A stretch of 64,000 bases of DNA from positions 28,894,001-28,958,000 of the forward strand of contig NC_086097.1 of NCBI RefSeq assembly GCF_963921235.1, given 5' to 3'. A program made the position numbers and the translations under genes. Positions 13,000 through 25,352 of the stretch are shown in pieces; within the stretch, counting starts at the first letter, position 1; the number at the start of each line of letters is the position of its first letter. The stretch is from Mobula hypostoma (lineage: Eukaryota). The notes under the pieces are model-generated. The model ran no database searches, was not told the DNA's origin, and was given only the letters and a program-made list of their open reading frames with translations.

Positions 13000-14310
13000 C
13001 AACAGGAATTCTGCAGATGCTGGAAATTCAAGCAACATACATCAAAGTTGCTAGTGAACGCAGCAGGCCAGGCAGCATCTCTAGGAAGAGGTGCAGTCGA
13101 CGTTTCGGGCCGAGACCCTTCGTCAGGACTAACTGGAGGAAGAGTGAGTAAGGGATTTGAAAGTTGGAGGGGGAGGAGGAGATCCAAAATGATAGGAGAA
13201 GACAGGAGGGGGAGGGATAGAGCCGAGAGTTGGACAGGTGATAGGCAAAAGGGGATATGAGAGGATCATGGGACAGGAGGTCCGGGAAGAAAGACAAGGG
13301 GGGGGGTGACCCAGAGGATGGGCAAGAGGTATATTCAGAAGGACAGAGGGAGAAAAAGGAGAGTGAGAGAAAGAATGTGTGCATAAAAATGAGTAACAGA
13401 TGGGGTACGAGGGGGAGGTGGGGCCTTAGCAGAAGTTAGAGAAGTCGATGTTCATGCCATCAGGTTGGAGGCTACCCAGACGGAATATAAGGTGTTGTTC
13501 CTCCAACCTGAGTGTGGCTTCATCTTTACAGTAGAGGAGGCCGTGGATAGACATGTCAAAATGGGAATGGGATGTGGAATTAAAATGTGTGGCCACTGGG
13601 AGATCCTGCTTTCTCTGGCGGACAGAGCGTAGATGTTCAGCAAAGTGGTCTCCCAGTCTGCGTCGGGTCTCGCCAATATATAAAAGGCCACATCGGGAGC
13701 ACCGGACGCAGTATATCACCCCAGTCGACTCACAGGTGAAGTGATGCCTCACCTGGAAGGACTGTTTGGGGCCCTGAATGGTGGTAAGGGAGGAAGTGTA
13801 AGGGCATGTGTAGCACTTGTTCCGCTTACACGGATAAGTGCCAGGAGGGAGATCAGTGGGGAGGGATGGGGGGGACGAATGGACAAGGGAGTTGTGTAGG
13901 GAGTGATCCCTGCGGAATGCAGGGGGGGGGAGGGAAAGATGTGCTTAGTGGTGGGATCCCGTTGGAGGTGGCAGAAGTTACTGAGAATAATATGTTGGAC
14001 CCGGAGGCTGGTGGGGTGGTAGGTGAGGACCAGGGGAACCCTATTCCTAGTGGGGTGGTGGGAGGATGGAGTGAGAGCAGATGTACGTGAAATGGGGGAG
14101 ATGCGTTTAAGAGCAGAGTTGATATTGGAGGAAGGGAAGCCCCTTTCTTTAAAAAAGGAAGACATCTCCCTCATCCTAGAATGAAAAGCCTCATCCTGAG
14201 AGCAGATGCGGCGGAGACGGAGGAATTGCGAGAAGGGGATGGCGTTTTTGCAAGAGACAGGGTGAGAAGAGGAATAGTCCAGATAGCTGTGAGAGTCAGT
14301 AGGCTTATAG
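13000..14310 (-). mobile_element. 5'-truncated Penelope-like element with GIY-YIG endonuclease and hammerhead-bearing terminal repeat
   Basis: ORF 13426..13752 CESTGVIYCVRCSRCGLLYIGETRRRLGDHFAEH; RT thumb/linker upstream; pyrimidine-rich 3' region. Confidence 0.93.
13095..13130 (-). ncRNA. Minimal type I hammerhead ribozyme with intact core (Penelope-associated)
   Basis: AGUC-CUGACGA-A-GGGUC UC GGCCC-GAAA-CG-UC^-GACU: stem I AGUC/GACU, CUGANGA and GAAA core, stem II, palindromic ACGU mini-stem III, GUC cleavage triplet. Confidence 0.85.
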
Positions 14311-15724
14311 TAGAATCAGTTCAGGGTTGTGGAGAGTAATATTATCCACACCACCTCAGGAGCCTGATTGTTGTAGGCTACTAACTATTCCTTAACTTGT
14401 CCTTAGAGCAGATACTCTCTCATCCAGGCAACATCCTTGTATACTTCTGCACCCTCTCCAAAGTCTCCAGGACCTGCAGTGTGGTGACCAGAACTGCACA
14501 CAATACTCCAAGTTTGGCCTAACTGAAGTTTTATATAGCTGCAATGTGACCTCCCGACATCAATAATAATACCCCAACTGATGTATGCAAGCATGATATA
14601 CACTTTCTTTACCCCCCCATCCACTTTATTTTTAGAGAATTTCGAGATACAGCATGGTAACAGACCCTTCCTGCTCAATAGACCCATGTTGCCCAATTAA
14701 CCCATGTGACCATTTAACTTACCAATCCCTATGGCTTTGGGAAGTGGGAGGAAGACAGAGCACCTGAAGGAAACTCACATAGTCAAGAGGAGAACGTACA
14801 AACTCCTTACAGTGGCAGGAATGGAACCCAGCTCACTGGTGCTGTTAATGTGTCATGCTAACTGCTACACTACCATGACATGCCACCCCCACGTGTTGCC
14901 ATTTTCATAAGCTATAGTATAAATAACTAAGCTAAGTTGGTTGTTCAGATGTTGGCTGACATATTTGCCTACTAAGTAATATGAGTGTACTTCAGTAGTA
15001 ACTTATTAGTTGTGAAGCATTTGGACTCATTCTGAGAATATGAGATATAAGTAGATAATGCTAGAAAGGGTCAACAGGTCAGACTAATTGTGGAGGGAGA
15101 AACAATATTTCAGGATGAAGACTTCATGAGAGCAAGGAAAATGAAAACAAATTTGTTTTAGGTTCCGGAGAGGGCGTAGTATGGCTTGGACAAAGGAGAT
15201 ATGTCTGAGAGGATGTTGCCAGGATTGTCCTGGGGATAAATTGTTGATGGTTATCTGAGAAAACAAACATGGAAAAAAGAATGCAAAAGCTGTAAAATAC
15301 CAAGGGCATTAGAACAGACAGAAATAAAAGCCTTAAATTGTGGGTAGTTGTAACACAAAGGCTGTGAAATGCAGTGCTGTAGAAAATGCCCAAGATGGTG
15401 AGACCATGATATGGAGAGAGAAAAGGACTGTCAATATCAAGATTGATGAGCTACAGTACAACCAACCCACCAGTTCTATACAAAATAAAGAAAAATCAGT
15501 TATCTGAAGTTGAATTTGAAACTAAATCCCGGAAGTTGTTATATGCCCAGATGAGAAATGAGGTGGTGTTCCTCAAGTTTACATTGGGCCTCATTGTAAC
15601 AGTGCCAGGTCACAGACAAGGTGAGGATATGAAAGTCACTACATGTAAGTTTCTCTTTACTTCTAAACTCTGTTACACTGAATTAACCATGTTCATAATG
15701 CTTTATGTTTGTGGGTTTTCTTAC

Positions 15725-15868
15725 CTGGATCACTTTCATTGGATCAAGTCTGTGGGTTCTCCCCCCTGACACAAAGCCACCAACCCCTCTAATTTCAATC
15801 TGAAACTGTGGATGATTATCAGTAATTCCCTTCAGCAGTTCCATGAATTTTTCATTCACCAGTACATT
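15725..15868 (-). CDS. LRRC74A: LRRC74A-like exon (144 nt): NVLVNEKFMELLKGITDNHPQFQIEIRGVGGFVSGGRTHRLDPMKVIQ
   Basis: cctttgcag|AAT ... CAG|gtaaga; resembles the remembered LRRC74A segment NVLVSEQF...NPMKLIQ. Confidence 0.9.
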
Positions 15869-15990
15869 CTGCAAAGGAAAAAAAAGTACTTTACATTTTA
15901 GGCAAGAGTTGGCATACTGTGTTGGTCATTGATGTAAATGATGTACATGTGAGAAATAAAGCTAATTTTTAATCTTTAAAGGGAACACTT

Positions 15991-18900
15991 TCTTTTTCAA
16001 TCTTTTTTTATTGAGTTTCAAATTGATAAACATAACTGATAATGATACAAAGAGATCGGGATTACATTAATAACGGTTAACATGTACAGACACAGACTCC
16101 AAGTAACATATTTAATTTAATCCTCCCAATCTCTTAATAACTGAACATGAAAAAGATTCAAAAAAAAAGTTTTTACCCCCTACACTAAAAAAAAACAAAA
16201 CAGAAACTGAGCTGTCATATTTCATAGGTTGAAATCATTATTTGTCATCAACTCCACTCCTCTATACACAAACAAAAAGTTATTAAAAAGGATTCAGAAA
16301 AGGTCAACTTACATCATATGAAAATGTTGAATAAATGGCCTCCAAGTTTCTTCAAATTTAACTGAAGGATCAGTGGTACCACTCCTAATTTTTTCCAAAT
16401 TTAAACATGTTATAGTTTGGGAAAACCATTGAAATGTAGTAGGGGGATTAGAATCTTTCCATTTAAATAAAATGGATCTTCTGGCTATTAATGTAACAAG
16501 TGCAATCAAACGACAAGCTGAAGGGGATAAACGAATAAAGTCTATCATTGGTAGTCCAAAAATTGCAGTAATAGCATGAGGTTGTAAATCAATATGTAAA
16601 ACTACTGAAATAATATCAAAAATGTCTTTCCAATATTTTTTCCAAAAGAGGGCAAGACCAGAACATATGCGTCAAGGAAGCTACCTCAAAATTACATCTG
16701 TCACAGACAGGATTTATATGACCATAAAAATGAGCTAACTTATCCTTAGACTTATGTGCCCTATGAACCACCTTAAATTGTATCATTGTGTGTCCAGCAC
16801 ACATTGAAGAAGTGTTAGCTAGTTGGAGAATTTTCTCCCATTTCTCTATGGATAAAGATACCTGAAGTTCTCTTTCTTATTCATTCTTAATTTTACCAAA
16901 CACACCTAAACATATTTTTGTAATTAAATCATAAAAAATTGCTAGTAAACTCTTCTGATAGGGGTTTAAACCTAAAAAATTTTCTGTAATTTCAATTTGA
17001 TGTGATATCGGAAAAGTAGGCAAAATAACCTTCAAAAAGTTTCTAATCTGTAAATATCTGAAAAAAATGCGATCTAGGCAAATTATATTTATTAGACAAC
17101 CATTCAATTATCCATGAATAAATCACGAAAACATATTATTCCCTTTGTTTTCCAGAAAAGAAAAGCTTGATTAGTTCTGGATGGTTGGAAGAAAAAATTG
17201 GATATAATAGGACTTGATAGGATAAATTTATTCAATCCAAAAAATTTACGAAATTGAAACCATATTTGTATTGTATGTTTAATTATTGGATTAATCGTTC
17301 ATTTATTCAGTTTAGTAAGTGCAACGGGAAGCAAAGCCCCTAAAATAGAAGTCAATGAGAACCCCTGTACAGACTCACACTCGAGGTTCACCCATGGTGG
17401 ACATTGAATTTCATCCAAATCTTGCATCCAGAACATTCGGGTATCGAATATTAATTGTCCAATAATAGAATCTAAAGTTCGGCAATGCCAAACCGCCATC
17501 CTTTATTGATTTCTGTAAATATTTCTTACTTAATCTAGGATTTTTATTCTGCCATATACATGAAGAAATTTTAGAATCAATAATATCAAAAAAGGATTTC
17601 GAGATGAAGATTGATACCGTTTGAAATAGATACAGAAATTTAGGTAAAATAATCATCTTAATAGCATTGATCGACCAATCAATGATAGGGACAATGGGGA
17701 CCATTTAGTAAGCAGCTGTTTAACATGATCAATTAAGGGTAAAAAGTTAACTTTAAATAGATCCTTATGCTTCTTAGTAATTTTAACACCCAAATAAGTA
17801 AAATAATCAGTAACCAGTCTAAATGGTGATTGTCTATAGATTGGAACTTGTATATTTAATGGAAAAAGCTCACTCTTATTAAGATTCAATTCATAACCAG
17901 AAAAACTACTAAACTAAGCAAGTAATAATATTACTGCAGGGATGGATTTCTCTGGACTAGAGATATATAGTAACAGGTCATCGGCATATAATGATACCTT
18001 ATGCGTCTCATTCCCATGAATAATGCCAAATATATTGGGTGAATCACGAAGAGCGATTGCCAAGGGTTCCAAGGAAATATCAAATAGTAAAGGGCTTAAA
18101 GGGCAGTCCTATCTAGCACCTTGGAAAAGCCTAAAAAAGACAACTAATAATCTCTCATTATTAGTAAGTACAGAAGCCAAAGGTATATGGTATGTCAACT
18201 TAATCCAAGATAGGAATTTTGGGCTAGAATTAAATTTCTCAAGGATGTTAAATAAATACTCCCATTCAACTCTATCAAATGCCTTCTCGGCGAAATAACA
18301 CATTCTGGAGATTTAGATGAAGAAGTATATACAATGTTCATCAACACCCCAACATTAAAATAATGATTTTTAATAAATCCTATCTGGTCACCAGAAACAA
18401 TTTGTGGCAATACATTTTCCAATCTAATTGATCTAATTCCAAAAATTTTGGAGTCCCCATTTAACAAGGATATAGGTCTATATGATGCACATTCAGTGGG
18501 GTTTTTATCTTTTTTAGGAATTAAAGAAATAGATGCTTCATAAAAAGATTGTGGTAATTTACCTACAAATAAGGCATCCTTAAAAATTCCACATAACCAA
18601 GGAGAAAGTAGACTTGAAAAAGATTTTTAAAATTCTACTGTATACCCATCCAGGCAGGGTGCTTTACTAAAATTCATCAGAGAAATTGCTTTCTTTATTT
18701 CTTCTTCTGTAATAGGTGCATCTAATGGTAAACATTCATTAAGTGGTAATTTTGGAATATTCATTTTTCTTAGAAATTTATGCATTATGGTAGAATCATC
18801 AAGAGATTCTGATTGGTATAAAGAGGTATAATTCTTGAAAAGATTTATTAATTTCATCATAATCAACCATCAAAGTACCATCCTGTTTACAAACTTTAAT

Positions 18901-21900
18901 AATCTGATGTTTAGCCGAAGCAGCTTTCAATTGGTTGGCCAGTAATTTACCTGATTTATCATCATGTATATAAAATTGACTCTTAGATTTAAGTAATTGA
19001 TTTTCAATTGGGGATGTTAATAACAAACTGTGTTGCATCTAAAGTTCAACTCTCTTTTTGTAAAGCTTCAAATTAGGAGCAGCAGAACATTTTTTACCAA
19101 TTTCTTTAATCTTATCAACCAATGTACATATTTCATTATTGATCCGTCTTTTTCAATCCAGCAGAATATGAAATAATTTGCCCATGGATATATGCTTTAA
19201 AAGTGTCCCATAATATCCCACTGGAAATTTCTTCCGTAAAATTAGTTGAGAAGAAAAAGGCAATCTGTTCTTTAATAAAATTAACAAAATTTAAGTTCTG
19301 AAGCAGAGTAGAATTGAACTGCCATTGTCTAGCACTGAAAGTTACATCAGTTAATTTGATTGGTAGTTTCAGGGGCGGATGATCAGAGACGGCAATTGCA
19401 TCGAACTCACAGGCAGTAACAGATGAAACTAATTGAAAGTCAATGAAAAGGTAATCAATTCTGGAGTAATTATGATATACATGAGAAAAGAATGAGAACT
19501 CTTTATCGTTAGGATATAAAAACCTCCAAACTTCTAAACTTCCGGAGTCAACTAAAAAGGGATTGATAAAAATAACGGATTTATTTGGAACACTCACAAT
19601 GCGCTGGAGGAACTCAGCAGGTCAGTCAGCATCAGTTGAAAAGATTAGTCGATGTTTCGGGCCGAAACCCTTTGTCAGGACTGAAGGAAGAACCTTGGGG
19701 AGGGTTTGAAGAATGCTGGTAGTTGAAAAAAACAGTAATTTGAAAGACAAAGGGGTGGGGGAGGGGAAGCAGGGAGGTGATTGGCAGGAGAACAACGCGC
19801 AGTAGTAGAAGGAGGCGGAACAATGAGGGAGGTGATGTGAAATAAGGATAGAGGAAGGGAGGGGGAGGGAATTATCGGAAGTTGGAGAATTCTATGTTCA
19901 TACCAAGGGGCTGGAGACTACCTAGACGGTATATGAGGTGTTACTCCTCCGTCCTGAGTTTAGCCTCATCATGGCAGTAGAGGAGGCCATGTATGGACAT
20001 ATCTGAATGGGAGTGGGAAGCAGAGTTGAAGTGGGTGGCTACTGGGAGATCCTGTCTGTTGTGGTGGATGGAGAGGAGGTGCTCGACGAAGCAGTCCCCC
20101 AATCTGCGTCGGGTTTCACCGATGTAGAGGAGGCCGCACCGGGATCACCGGATGCAATAGATGACCCCAACTGATTCGCAAGTGAAGTGTTGCCTCACCT
20201 GGAAGGACTGTTTGGGGCCCTGAATGGTGGCAAGAGAGGAGGTGTAGGGACAGGTGTAGCACTTACGCTTACAAGGATAAGTGCCGGGTGGGAGATCCAT
20301 GGAGAGGGACGTGCGGATAAGTGAGTCGTGGAGGGATCAATCCCTGCGGAAAGCGGAGAGGGATGGAGAGGGAAAGATGTGCTTAGTGGTGGGGTCCTGT
20401 TGAAGATGGCGGAAGTTGCGGATGATAATGTGCTGGATCCAGAGGCTGGTGGGGTGGTAGGTGAGGACAAGGGGAACTCCATCCCTGTTATGGTGGTGGG
20501 AAGATGGGGTGAGGGCCGGTGCGAGAAATGGAGGAGATGTGGGTGAGGGCATCATTGATCACCATAGAAAGGAAACCACGATCCTTAAAGAAAGAGGACA
20601 TTTGAGATGTCCTGGAACGGAAAGCCCCATCCTCAGAGCAGATGCGGCGGAGACAGAGGAACTGGGAATAGGGAATGGCATTTTCGCATGTGGCGGGGTG
20701 GGAAGAAGTATAGTCGAGGTAGTTATGAGAGTAAGTGGGCTTGCAGAAGATGTCAGTGGACAGTCTGTCTCCAGAGATGGAGACCGAGACATCGAGAGAG
20801 GGGAGAGAAGTGTCAGAGATAGACCAAGTGAAATTGAGGGCTGGGTGGAAGTTTGAAGTAAAGTCGATGAAATTGACAAGCTCAGCATGGGTGCAGGAAG
20901 CAGCACCAATGTAGTCGTCAATGTATCGAAGGAAAAATTTGGGAGCAGTACCAGAATAGGTTTGGAGCACAGACTGTTCCACATAACCAACGAAGAGGCA
21001 GGCGTAGCTGGGTCCCATGTGAGTTCCCATAGCTACACCCTTAGTCTGAAGAAAGTGGGAAGAGTGGATTTATTTGGAAGTACCTGACTGGACGCAGACC
21101 TGTCCATCGAGGGATTCAGGCAACAGTTAAAATCTCCGCCCATTACAAACGTATATTCATTTAAATTAGGAAGAGATGCAAATAAATGCTTAAAGAATTC
21201 AGGATAATTGGTATTTGGTGCATAGATATTAACCATAACAACTTGTTGGTTATAAAGTAAACCAGTAATTAACAGAAATCTACCATTCGGGTCTGAAGTT
21301 GTTTCATAGTGAACAAATGAAATCGAGGAATCTATAAAAATAGAGACACCTTTTACCTTAGTCTGTGAATTAGAGTGAAATTGATATTCCTTCCAAAACC
21401 TAATAAAACGCTGATTATCCTCCTTCCTTACATGAGTCTCCTGGGCAAAGATAATCTGAGCATTCAATCTATGAAAAACTTTAAAAATCTTCTTCCATTT
21501 AATCGGATGATTCAAACCATTCGTATTCCATGAAACAAAGTTAATAATATTATCCATTGTACTTGAATAAGCCATATGGTGTGTAAAGGGTTAACCTTAC
21601 TGCATAGGAAACTCATGAATCAGGAAAAGGGAAAAAGGTTTAAAGAGGAACTGTAAGTTATGACAATTCAGACATATTTGTAGTTTCGGATCAGCCCAGA
21701 TGGAAAAAAATCAAACCTAAAATAATCCCGCCCCCATCCAAAAAAGCCCTAAGACTGGCCAACAGAGAACCAGAAAGCTATCTAGACACTTCCCGACCCC
21801 CATCTCTCTTGATGGCAAGTCTCCAATGAAAAAGGAATTCATAACACCACATGTAGTCAAAATATTGAGAAGAGAATGCCATAAAAAACACCAAATGTTA

Positions 21901-23430
21901 AAAAGACAGCCATTTGCAAAACATTTTGAAAGGCAAGATCTTGGAAAGTGAAACAAAATACAATCTTATTAATATTTCAAGAAAAAAAATAAATCACCAA
22001 ATCAGATTCTTAATTATTTTCAAAAACAAACAATTGAGAATAATAGAATAAAATAGTAATGGGAGAGAAAGAAAAAGGAACTTTAACATAAAAGCATGAT
22101 AAATATCCATAACAAAATACGAGCATTATCAAACCAAGGCACAATTCTTCAAACTTTAGAAGTCCAAATCTATAAACTGGTTATTAACTTAAAAACAAAT
22201 GAATACAGACATGAAAAAACAGTAAATTTATTAGACAGCTGAGATTGAACGTTGATCCTCAAGGAATTGATGAGTTACGTCTGTGGATTTAAACTATTTA
22301 TGTGATTTATCAGGCAGAACTACCCTTAGATGAGTTGGAAATAGCAGAACTGGTTGGAACTTTCTTTAATAGGGCTCGGACATCACCAGTTTATAAGTCA
22401 AATGAATACAAACATGAAGAAACAGCAAATTTATTAGACATCTGAGCTCGGACTTTGATCCTCAAAAAATTGATATGCTTCGTCCATGGATTTAAACCAC
22501 TTACACAATTTATCAGGCAGAACAACCCTTAGGTGAGCTGGAAATAGCGGAGCTGGTTGGAAATTTCTTTGATCTAATTCGGACATCACAGGTTTAAAAA
22601 GCAATTTTTCTTGCATTGCCTCAGGACTGTAGTCTTCAACCAGATGAAACTTGAGATCTCCATGCACAATAACCCCTTTCCCATGAGCAATTCGAATCAA
22701 ATGCTCCTTAGTATGCACATAATGAAATCTGAGTATCACAGGTTGGGGTTTCAATGCCTTAGGGGGTTTAACTCTTAAAGACCAGTGGGTGCAATTGAGT
22801 ATAGGGGGAGAAGAAAAAATATCAGATCTGAACACCTCCATTAAAAATTGAGAAAAAAAGTTAGTAAGGTCTCCTCTCTCAGTGTCTTCACTGAATCCTA
22901 TTATTCGCAAATTCTGTCTCCGACTACGACTCTCCAAGTCAATAGTCTTGACTCTATACTGTTCCAGTGCTTGAGTGATCAAAGTTAATTTCTTTTCCAA
23001 TAGATCCAGCCTGCGATCTCTTTATCTCCCAGCTTCAACGAGTTCAGAAATTTGTTGTTATTGTTTTTCGCTCTCCCGCTTAAGTACTGCCAATCTACCT
23101 TCGATCTCCTTTAACAATACTTCCAAAGTAGCAAACCTTTTATCAAATTTATTATCCAGAAGCTTCGAGATAGCCTCCAAAGTAAGATGAGACTGTTTAG
23201 GCTGTTCAAAAACACCTCCTTTCTTTCCATTTCCATTACCAGCTTCCTTGCCTTCAGCTAATGTCTTTTTTCCTCCGATAGTCATTTCCATTGATTAAAA
23301 ATCAAAATTCAAGCATATAAAAGTGTTATAAACATTTTGATATAGATAGTAAAAGGGTCGTAAAAAGATTGAAAAATGAATGGAGCAAAGCCAAAATGCG
23401 ACCTACTCCATCTAGCGCCACAAGAGAGTC
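15991..23430 (-). mobile_element. Full-length but decayed L1-clade LINE (ORF1 ~22434-23291, ORF2 ~16309-21575)
   Basis: 13-bp TSD aaagggaacactt (15978-15990 / 23431-23443); ORF1 LESRSRRQNLRIIG; EN SWNTNGL/AQETH/GGDFN; RT SLYADDLL near 17975; CCHC CDRC..HMFWSC; A-rich tail with AATAAA. Confidence 0.95.
19591..21065 (-). mobile_element. 5'-truncated Penelope-like element nested in the L1 endonuclease region
   Basis: 14-bp TSD ggatttatttggaa (19577-19590 / 21066-21079); RT MGTHMGPSYACLF...RYIDD; GIY-YIG remnant; terminal repeat with a mutated hammerhead at 19647-19682. Confidence 0.93.
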
Positions 23431-24317
23431 AAAGGGAACACTTCTTGAACGTACAAGCATTCCGCCAGCATTTTTCCTTCAGCTTTCTACTACTGGGAAT
23501 AATTCGCTCCATTTCTCAGATGATGTTCCAAGGTCACTGATCTGATAGTTTATCTCTACCCCTCTCCTCCAGATTCTGCCCAAGTTTTTCTGTTACGCAC
23601 AGTGACAAGCAAGGTTCCTATATACTATTTCTGCTGCCTCTGGGTATCCTTGCTTATGAGCAGAACTGTGTTCAGTGCCCTTGGCGCACAATTGGAGGAG
23701 AAAAAAACATCCTTTATCACTAATGCTAAACTCAAGATCAGTGACATCACCTAAGCCTAAATTCTATGTTCTATGTTGAAACTGGAGGCTCTGGGAAAAA
23801 TCCACAGGGAGAATGTGCAAACTCCATACTGGCAATGCCCGAAGTCAGATCAGACTTGGGTTTCTGGTTCTTCAAACAGTGGCTGTCTTAGTTGTGTCAC
23901 TGTGTTAGTACAGATGGATGGTATGAATGGCCTGTCGCTGTCCCTACAATAGATGTCATTGATCCAGCCTCGTGATCAGCTGGTGATTTTCCCAACTGGA
24001 GATCTGAGTGATATGTTTTTGACACAGAGAGCGGCTGATATCTGTGACGTGCTGCTAGAGGAGGTAATGGAATCAGATACAGTCTGTGTTTAAAAGATAT
24101 TTAGACACTTCAATAGACAAAGCATAGAGGGATTTCCCTAACAGACATTTAAAAGACTCTTAGATAGGCACATGGATGAAAGACGAATAGAGAGATACGT
24201 GGCAAGGATGTATTAGATTGATCTTAGAGGAGGTTAAATGGTTGGCACAACATCGTGGGCCGAAGGGCCTGTACTGTACTGTACTGTTCTATGTTCTAAA
24301 TAAAGAGTGAGACTCAC

Positions 24318-24413
24318 TTGAATGCTGATTGTTTCCAGGTTTGTCTTGTCATTCTTTTGCATGACCTCCAAAAGACGAAGGGCACCTTCCGCAGTTATAG
24401 GATTGTTATTCAG
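24318..24413 (-). CDS. LRRC74A: LRRC74A-like exon (96 nt): LNNNPITAEGALRLLEVMQKNDKTNLETISIQ
   Basis: tcctgtttcag|CTG ... CAA|gtgagt; phase 0 to 0. Confidence 0.9.
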
Positions 24414-25042
24414 CTGAAACAGGAAAGGAGAGTCAGAAGGGAGTCTGAATGATAACGGCTCTTTCAGACAATATGAGACCGTCAGAATCAGGAGCAGGAA
24501 TGGATCATGATTAATCTATTCCAATTCCTTTGCCTAGTAGGAACCTATCCTCCCTGTTCTTCCATTGACTTAAACTTCCCAGTGAAGGGAACTCAAAATT
24601 ATTGCTCCTCTCTGAAAAGAGAGATTCCTTGCTCTCTTTTTGCACTTGTATGTATGTATATGTATATATATATCTGTTTATGTATTACACTGCTACTGCA
24701 AAATAACAAATTACACTTTTATTAGTGATACTAAACCTGATTCTGATTTCTTGTTCCATTTTCTTTTTCCTCTGTCTGCCTCCATATCTCTCCCCTTCCC
24801 CCATCACCCTTCCCTCTATCCTACCTGAATTGATCTGCACATAGTCCTTCAACATCCCCCACACACCCACAACCCCTTCACTCTACCATTCACCTCTTGC
24901 CTCCTCTCCTCTCTTCCCCCCTCCCCTCTTTATACTGGCCATCTCCCCTATTCACTGTCAGTCCTGGAGCAGGGTCTCAACCTACAATGTCAACAATTCC
25001 TTTCTCTCCACAGATGCTGCTCGAACTACGGAGTTCCATGGG

Positions 25043-25352
25043 AGCATAGCAATTAGTGTAATGCTTTACAGCACCAGCCATTGGAAGATCATGATTCAAT
25101 TCCTGCCACTGTCTGTAAGGAGTAGTATGTTCTTCCCATAACTATGTGGGTTTCCTCTGGGTATTCCAATTTCCTCCCATACTCCAAAGACATACGGGGT
25201 AGGATTACTGAGTTGTGGGCATGTTATATTGGTGCCAGAAGCATCGTGATATTTGAGGGCTGCCCTCAGCATAACCTCAGACTGCATTGATCATTGACAG
25301 ATATGACACATTTCATTGTGTGTTTCAATGGGCATGTGACAAAGCTAATCTT
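25043..25352 (+). mobile_element. V-SINE-like (tRNA-head) SINE; related copies on minus at ~4105-4320, 5210-5490, 10105-10360, 14650-14890, 27500-27810, 28220-29240, 29680-29990
   Basis: Central gtgggtttcctctgggtattccaatttcctccca resembles the V-domain consensus; dispersed copies within the window. Confidence 0.65.
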
